From contig NW_003314429.1 in assembly GCF_000143415.4 (NCBI RefSeq), positions 62,001-126,000 of the forward strand: a stretch of DNA of 64,000 nt. Direction: 5' to 3'. Shown here one piece after another: positions 59,029 to 64,000 of the stretch. The notes under the pieces are model-generated. The model was not told the origin of the DNA and searched no databases. It saw nothing but the letters and a program-made list of their open reading frames with translations. The stretch comes from Selaginella moellendorffii (lineage: Eukaryota; Plantae; Lycopodiophyta). Made by a program: the position numbers and the translations under genes. The number at the start of each line of letters is the position of its first letter. Within the stretch, counting starts at the first letter, position 1.

Positions 59029-59484
59029 ATGGCGTCGATTCTCGCCGCAACGTCGTCGGCAGCGTCCGCTGTGCGTCTACCAATCGTCGCGGCATCGCCC
59101 ACCAAGATCTCCACCAAATCCCTGTCCCCGGCACCGATCTCACTCGCCAAGAAGTTTGGTCTGTCCAGCAGCAGAGCTAGAGTAGTCGCCATGGCCAAGT
59201 ACAAAGTCACGCTCAAGCTCGAGGATGGCAGCGAGAAAACATTCCAGTGTCCCGACGACGTCTACATTCTCGACGAGGCGGAGGAGCAATCCATCGACTT
59301 GCCAAGCTCTTGCCGTGCCGGCTCCTGCTCTTCGTGTGCAGGAAAGGTCGTCAGCGGCAGCGTGGATCAAACGGACCAGAACTTCTTGGACGACGATCAG
59401 ATCGGGAGTGGATTCGTTCTCACTTGCGTTGCGAGGCCAACCAGCGACGTTGTCATCTTGACCCACCAGGAGGATAACATCTAG
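59029..59484 (+). CDS. petF: Plastid [2Fe-2S] ferredoxin with transit peptide, intronless
   Basis: [26 protein letters not shown]...[15 protein letters not shown]. Confidence 0.96.
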   Translation: MASILAATSSAASAVRLPIVAASPTKISTKSLSPAPISLAKKFGLSSSRARVVAMAKYKVTLKLEDGSEKTFQCPDDVYILDEAEEQSIDLPSSCRAGSCSSCAGKVVSGSVDQTDQNFLDDDQIGSGFVLTCVARPTSDVVILTHQEDNI

Positions 59485-59662
59485 AGAAGGAAAAGTAATT
59501 TTTTCCTTCCTCTGGCTGTTCGTTCTGGGAGATCTGTCGTCGCTACTCTTTGCTGTATGATTTTATCTGTAGCCTTTGCAAAACGAAACGATCCTCACTT
59601 AGCTTATGATTCCGAATTCCCCAATGAATTGAATCCTTACCACCCGTGTAACTAGACTTCTC

Positions 59663-60675
59663 TCAGTCCTTTGCAACGTTGTTTACAGCGGCCTCCTTCT
59701 CTTTCACTGGCGTCGTCTCTAGGACCTCTGAAGGAGCTGGAGAGGGAGTCGTCTCTACCTCTGAAGGAGCTGGAGAGGGAGGCGTATCATCTCCCGACGA
59801 TGAAGCAACGACCACAGAGCTGGGATTCACCTCTTCTGGCTTCGTCTCTTGCGCGTCTGCATTCTCCTTCTCTTGTTGCATAAGATTGAGCTGGGCTGTG
59901 AGCTCGTCCACCACAAAGTTCTCATTAACCGGTGGTGGTGCTCGTTTAGGCGCTGTTGAATAAGAGTAGCATTGCAACTTAGAAAACGATGTCTCAGAAG
60001 AACTTACACTCCGCGGGTTTCTTCAGCTCGTCCAGACCAATTTCCTTTTCCAAAGTTTGCTTGAATTCTTTCGAAACCTCCTGCAATTTACAAATCAATG
60101 AGCTCACATTTCTTTCTATCGTTCACCACACACGAACCTGGAGCTCCCGTATAGTTGGCTGAAATGCTCGCAATGACTGTCCCAGCGACCGGGCAATCTA
60201 CACACACTGCTCCCGGCTTAGCGGGCTAAACATCCCCCAAAAGAAAGAACTCATACCTCAGCCAGGCCTTTCGGTCCGAACACGAGAAGCGCCACCACGG
60301 CAATGACGATAACTTCCGGAGCTCCAACACCAAGCAACGAAGATCTCACAACACCTCTGTAGGGCCGATTGGAGGATCTGTATCTAGCTACAAAGACGCG
60401 AAGAACATCAATGCCAGATATTTCATGATTTCCAGCGACGACCGACCTCTTGAGAGCAGCAACGAGCAATCCAGCTTATTTTGATGAACCCAGGAGCTCC
60501 AAGTGCTTGTGTAGCAGAGACCGGCCCTTGGAAAGATCAGCTTCGAGCAGCAAGCCCTGGCGCCTCCGCCACGACCCCTGGAGCTATGAATCGCTAGCCG
60601 GAACCCATTCCTAGAATGCTGCTCCGTCAAGGCAGCTCCAGCGCCAGCCAGCGGCGCCATCGCCACGGAGATCAT
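59663..60675 (-). CDS. HCF106: Thylakoid Tat translocase subunit HCF106 (TatB)
   Basis: SSLLGVGAPEVIVIAVVALLVFGPKGLAE, followed by exons IARSLGQSLRAFQPTIRELQ and EVSKEFKQTLEKEIGLDEL; acidic tail with a 33-nt duplication. Confidence 0.88.
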
Positions 60676-60726
60676 GTTCTCCGTCCAGCCCAGGAACCCT
60701 AACTACAGGATGTAAGATTAAAATCT

Positions 60727-60736
60727 GCCACGTGGC
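60727..60736. promoter_or_regulatory. Perfect palindromic G-box in the 79-nt divergent gap between HCF106 and the PPR gene
   Basis: GCCACGTGGC. Confidence 0.45.
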
Positions 60737-60754
60737 ATTGAGATCAATCTATCG

Positions 60755-63205
60755 ATGCCAAATCATGACACGTGGCTAGCTCTCCTGCGTCAGTGTGTTC
60801 TTGGAAGAACGCTGCTCGAAGGTCGACAACTCCACGCGCGGCTCGCCGATCTCGGTCTCGATCGAGATGCGCTGTTTGGAAATCTGCTCGTCCGATTGTA
60901 TGGCAGCTGCGGATGCCCGGATGAATCGCTCCAGGCCTTCGATGCGATCGCCATCGGCAAGAATGTCTTCTCCTGGAATATGGCGCTGGCTTCTCTCGCT
61001 CGCAACGATCCATCCCTCGATCGAGCGCGGCGGGTCTTCGATCACATCCCGCAGCGCAGCATCGCGAGCTGGAACACGCTCTTGGCGGCGGTTGTGGATT
61101 CCAGGGATTTGCACGGCGCGGCGCTCCTGTTCGATGAAATCCCCGAGCCGGATCTCTTCTCCTGGACGACGATGCTCACGGCGCTGGGCGGCCATGGCGA
61201 TCTCGATCGAGTGATGTGCTTCTTCGATTCCATGCCGGAGCGCGGGATCGTTTCCTGGAATGTGGTGCTCCAAGAACAGGCACTCAATGGGCAACTGGAA
61301 ATCGCCGAGCAAGCGTTTGCCAAGATGCCACAGCACAGCGCCATATCTTGGAACTCGATGATCACAGCATTCTCCAAGAGCGGCTATCCCCTGGAATCCA
61401 AGATTCTGTTCGATGATCTTCCATGCCGCAATTCAGTTTCTTGGGGCGCTGCGATCACCGCATTTGCCGAGAATGGGCATCTGCTACAGGCATCGGAGAT
61501 ATTCTCCAAGATGCCGCAGTGGGACGTCTTTGCCTCCAACGTGATCATCCAGGGCCTCGCGGATTTCGGCGAGGACAATCGCGATCTCCACCAGTTCTTC
61601 CAGAAAATGCCCCACCGTGACATCGTCTCTTGGAACGCAATGGTCTCGGCCAGTGCCCAGCGCGGCGATTCCCTCCAGGCAGAGCTTTTCTTCGATCGAA
61701 TGCCGCAGCACGATTCAATCTCCTGGAGCTCGATGCTCCAGGCGCACGTCGAATCCGGCAACATCGACGCGGCGCAGGTGGTATTCGATCGATCGCCCCA
61801 CCGCGGCCTGGTGTCCTGGTCGGCGCTCGTCACGATCTACGCCCAGGCCGGGCTCCTGGGCGAGGCCACGCGCCGGTTCCACGCCATGCCCCAGCGCAAT
61901 CTCATCGCCTGGAACGTCTTGATCCAGGCGCACTCCCACGCCGGCGATCTCCACAGCGCGGCCGCCGTCTTCGATCGAATGCCCCGCCACAGCACCGCCT
62001 CCTGGAACGCGATGATCGCCGCCGCCACTGCCCAGCTCCAGATCGCCGAGTCCCTCTTCCTCCATCTCCCCCAGTGCAACGTCGTCTCCTGGAACTCGAT
62101 CATCGCGAGCTTCGTCCACAACGATCGCCTCGACCGAGCGCTGGAAGCGTTCGAGCGCCTCGCAGCTCGCGACGTGGTCACTTGGACGGTGCTGGTGACG
62201 GGGCACTGCCAGCTCGGCAGCGTACGGGACGCCCACTCCACCTTCCGTGCAATGCCGTGCCGTACGGTCGTGGCCTGGAACTCTCTCCTCCAGGGCTATG
62301 TCTCTTGCGGGCTTTTGGACGAGGCAAGCAAGAGCTTCGATCGAATGCCCGCCAGGAACTTGGTGTCCTGGACGGGGATCATCTCCGGGTATGCCCATCT
62401 CGGCTATATCGATCGAGCAAAGGAGACCTTTGATCGAGCGCCGGAGAGGGACGTGATCTGCTGGAACGCCTTGATCACAGCCTACGCCATGAATGGCTAC
62501 AGCATCACGGCGCTCAAGCTCCTGCCGGTGATGGATTCCGATGGAGTCGAGCCCAATGCCGTGACTTTCATGGTGCTCATTGATGCCTGCTCCACTCTCG
62601 CGTCTCTGGCCGATAGCAAGATGGTTCACAGCTGCGTGAGGGACGATTCACGGCTGCTCGAGGGTGATGTTCTCCTGCAAACTTCGCTCGTCAACATGTA
62701 TGGAAAGTGTGGCCACCTTGACGCTGCGAGGGAGATGTTTGATGATTTCCCGGACAAGTGCTTGGCGCTGTGGAACACGATGCTGTGCGTCTATGCCCAG
62801 AACGGGCATACCGATCAAGCCATGGATTTGTTCCAGCTGCTGCTCGTCGAGGGAGTGGAGCCCGACAGGATAACTTACGTTGGCATTCTCTCGGCGTGGA
62901 GCCATGCCGGGGTGGTGTGGTACGAGTTCCTGCGGTCACTAGAGCCTGACTTTGGTGTCACTCCCCCGCTGGATTTCTACGTGTGCGTGATTGATATCCT
63001 GGCACGCACGGGTCAGCTGGAACTTGCCGAGGATCTCATCTTCAACATGCCTTACGAGCCGAATGAAGTCGCGTGGACTTCGCTCCTCGGGGCATGTCGT
63101 AGCTACGTCGATCGCGATCGAGCAGCTCGGGTTGCCGAGAGGATGAACTCGTACAATCCGGCAACGTACTTGCTGCTCTCCAATCTCCACTCCCTTCCTC
63201 CTTGA
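60755..63205 (+). CDS. PLS-E class PPR protein
   Basis: Intronless 816 aa; PPR repeats, then FYVCVIDILARTGQL, WTSLLGACRSY and TYLLLSNL. Confidence 0.93.
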   Translation: MPNHDTWLALLRQCVLGRTLLEGRQLHARLADLGLDRDALFGNLLVRLYGSCGCPDESLQAFDAIAIGKNVFSWNMALASLARNDPSLDRARRVFDHIPQRSIASWNTLLAAVVDSRDLHGAALLFDEIPEPDLFSWTTMLTALGGHGDLDRVMCFFDSMPERGIVSWNVVLQEQALNGQLEIAEQAFAKMPQHSAISWNSMITAFSKSGYPLESKILFDDLPCRNSVSWGAAITAFAENGHLLQASEIFSKMPQWDVFASNVIIQGLADFGEDNRDLHQFFQKMPHRDIVSWNAMVSASAQRGDSLQAELFFDRMPQHDSISWSSMLQAHVESGNIDAAQVVFDRSPHRGLVSWSALVTIYAQAGLLGEATRRFHAMPQRNLIAWNVLIQAHSHAGDLHSAAAVFDRMPRHSTASWNAMIAAATAQLQIAESLFLHLPQCNVVSWNSIIASFVHNDRLDRALEAFERLAARDVVTWTVLVTGHCQLGSVRDAHSTFRAMPCRTVVAWNSLLQGYVSCGLLDEASKSFDRMPARNLVSWTGIISGYAHLGYIDRAKETFDRAPERDVICWNALITAYAMNGYSITALKLLPVMDSDGVEPNAVTFMVLIDACSTLASLADSKMVHSCVRDDSRLLEGDVLLQTSLVNMYGKCGHLDAAREMFDDFPDKCLALWNTMLCVYAQNGHTDQAMDLFQLLLVEGVEPDRITYVGILSAWSHAGVVWYEFLRSLEPDFGVTPPLDFYVCVIDILARTGQLELAEDLIFNMPYEPNEVAWTSLLGACRSYVDRDRAARVAERMNSYNPATYLLLSNLHSLPP

Positions 63206-63269
63206 TCATCGAACCAAGGAAGGACGAAGAATGGAGGTGGAGGAACTTCGAAACTTTGATAGTAGCTCC

Positions 63270-64000
63270 TCAGCCAGCAGCAGCAGCCATCTCGTCAAGT
63301 TCTTCGCTCACGTAAACGTTGCACAGAACAACGTATGGCGACGAGTCGCCCGGAGTGAGCTCTATCGATCCTTGCGCCGCTCTCTCGGCGCGGTGGATGT
63401 CGCCATGGATCTTACACGAGCCGAGCAGCGTCATCCACTTCTTGTCATCGGGATAAAACGGCATCGTCCTCACGTACTCCTCGGCGAAGTCGAGCCATCC
63501 AACTCTGGCCAGCAGATCGAGGATGCATCCACAGTGCTGGAACCGACACTCGATGCCAAAGTCGAGGAGCATGGAGACGTAGAACTGGTGTCCGTCAGCC
63601 AGCATCCCGGCGGAGTTGCAAGCGAAGAGAACTCCCACGAAAGTTATCGCGTCGGGGTAGACACCCTCGAGCTGCATGGCGAAGAAGAGCTCCAGCGTCG
63701 ACGAGCTCTCGCTAAACTGCGAGAAAGATCCGATGAGCGAGTTCCAAGTCGCCTTGTCCTTCTCGAGCATCTGATCAAACACCGACTTGGCAACCGCGAG
63801 GTTCCCACAGGTGCCATACATGTCGACGAGCGCGTTTCCAACGTTGAGATTGATCTCCTGGAATCCACTCTGCGTGATCTTCTCGTGGATGAATCGCCCC
63901 TCTCGGAGATCCGTGAGGCTGGCGCAGGCGTTGAGACAGATCAAACAGGTGACGCAGTTGGGCTTCACTCCATCCAGTTGCATCATCCGGAAGAGCCGCA
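63270..64000 (-). CDS. PLS-E class PPR protein, 3' part; continues beyond the window
   Basis: VGNALVDMYGTCG, HCGCILDLLARVGWL, WMTLLGSCKIHG and SPYVVLCNVY. Confidence 0.9.
   Translation of the reverse strand, partial: RLFRMMQLDGVKPNCVTCLICLNACASLTDLREGRFIHEKITQSGFQEINLNVGNALVDMYGTCGNLAVAKSVFDQMLEKDKATWNSLIGSFSQFSESSSTLELFFAMQLEGVYPDAITFVGVLFACNSAGMLADGHQFYVSMLLDFGIECRFQHCGCILDLLARVGWLDFAEEYVRTMPFYPDDKKWMTLLGSCKIHGDIHRAERAAQGSIELTPGDSSPYVVLCNVYVSEELDEMAAAAG

Noticed and set aside
1043-63190. Many 100-300-aa ORFs overlapping PPR, CXE, TBL and ADK genes
   Set aside because: Shadow frames of GC-rich coding DNA with no independent motifs.
1-64000. CRISPR arrays, tRNAs, intact transposons
   Set aside because: None seen. 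The repeats are coding arrays or simple repeats, and no transposase or reverse transcriptase motif was recognised.

Overview
Gene-dense, compact land-plant nuclear DNA with many introns of about 50-100 nt and intergenic gaps often under 150 nt. Eight intronless PLS-class PPR genes, rich in 31-aa S-type repeats, point to a lycophyte, most likely Selaginella; this is inference, not verified. In order the window holds: the 3' end of a PRAF/RLD (BRX-domain) gene; a PPR gene; an intronless Sel1/TPR-repeat ORF broken by one in-frame stop; a roughly 4-kb AT-rich island containing an 18S rRNA fragment and decayed copies of the neighbouring gene's end; an extensin/Ole e 1 chimera; a DsbA/FrnE-type oxidoreductase; three PPR genes; a CXE/GID1-like carboxylesterase; a CIPK; an atypical hybrid histidine kinase; a UBL-SAYSvFN gene; a TBL acetyltransferase; a PPR gene; maspardin; adenylate kinase; a rhomboid protease; an ERD2-like receptor; a PUX7-like gene; a second Ole e 1/proline-rich gene; BTAF1/MOT1; a PPR gene; ferredoxin; HCF106/TatB; and two more PPR genes. 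The most striking item not in the ORF track as a spliced product is a two-exon micro-gene (43051-43252, minus strand). It encodes a 48-aa, 40% arginine, protamine-like peptide and has a near-consensus plant histone-promoter type I element upstream. All identifications come from motif recognition by eye; no searches were run.
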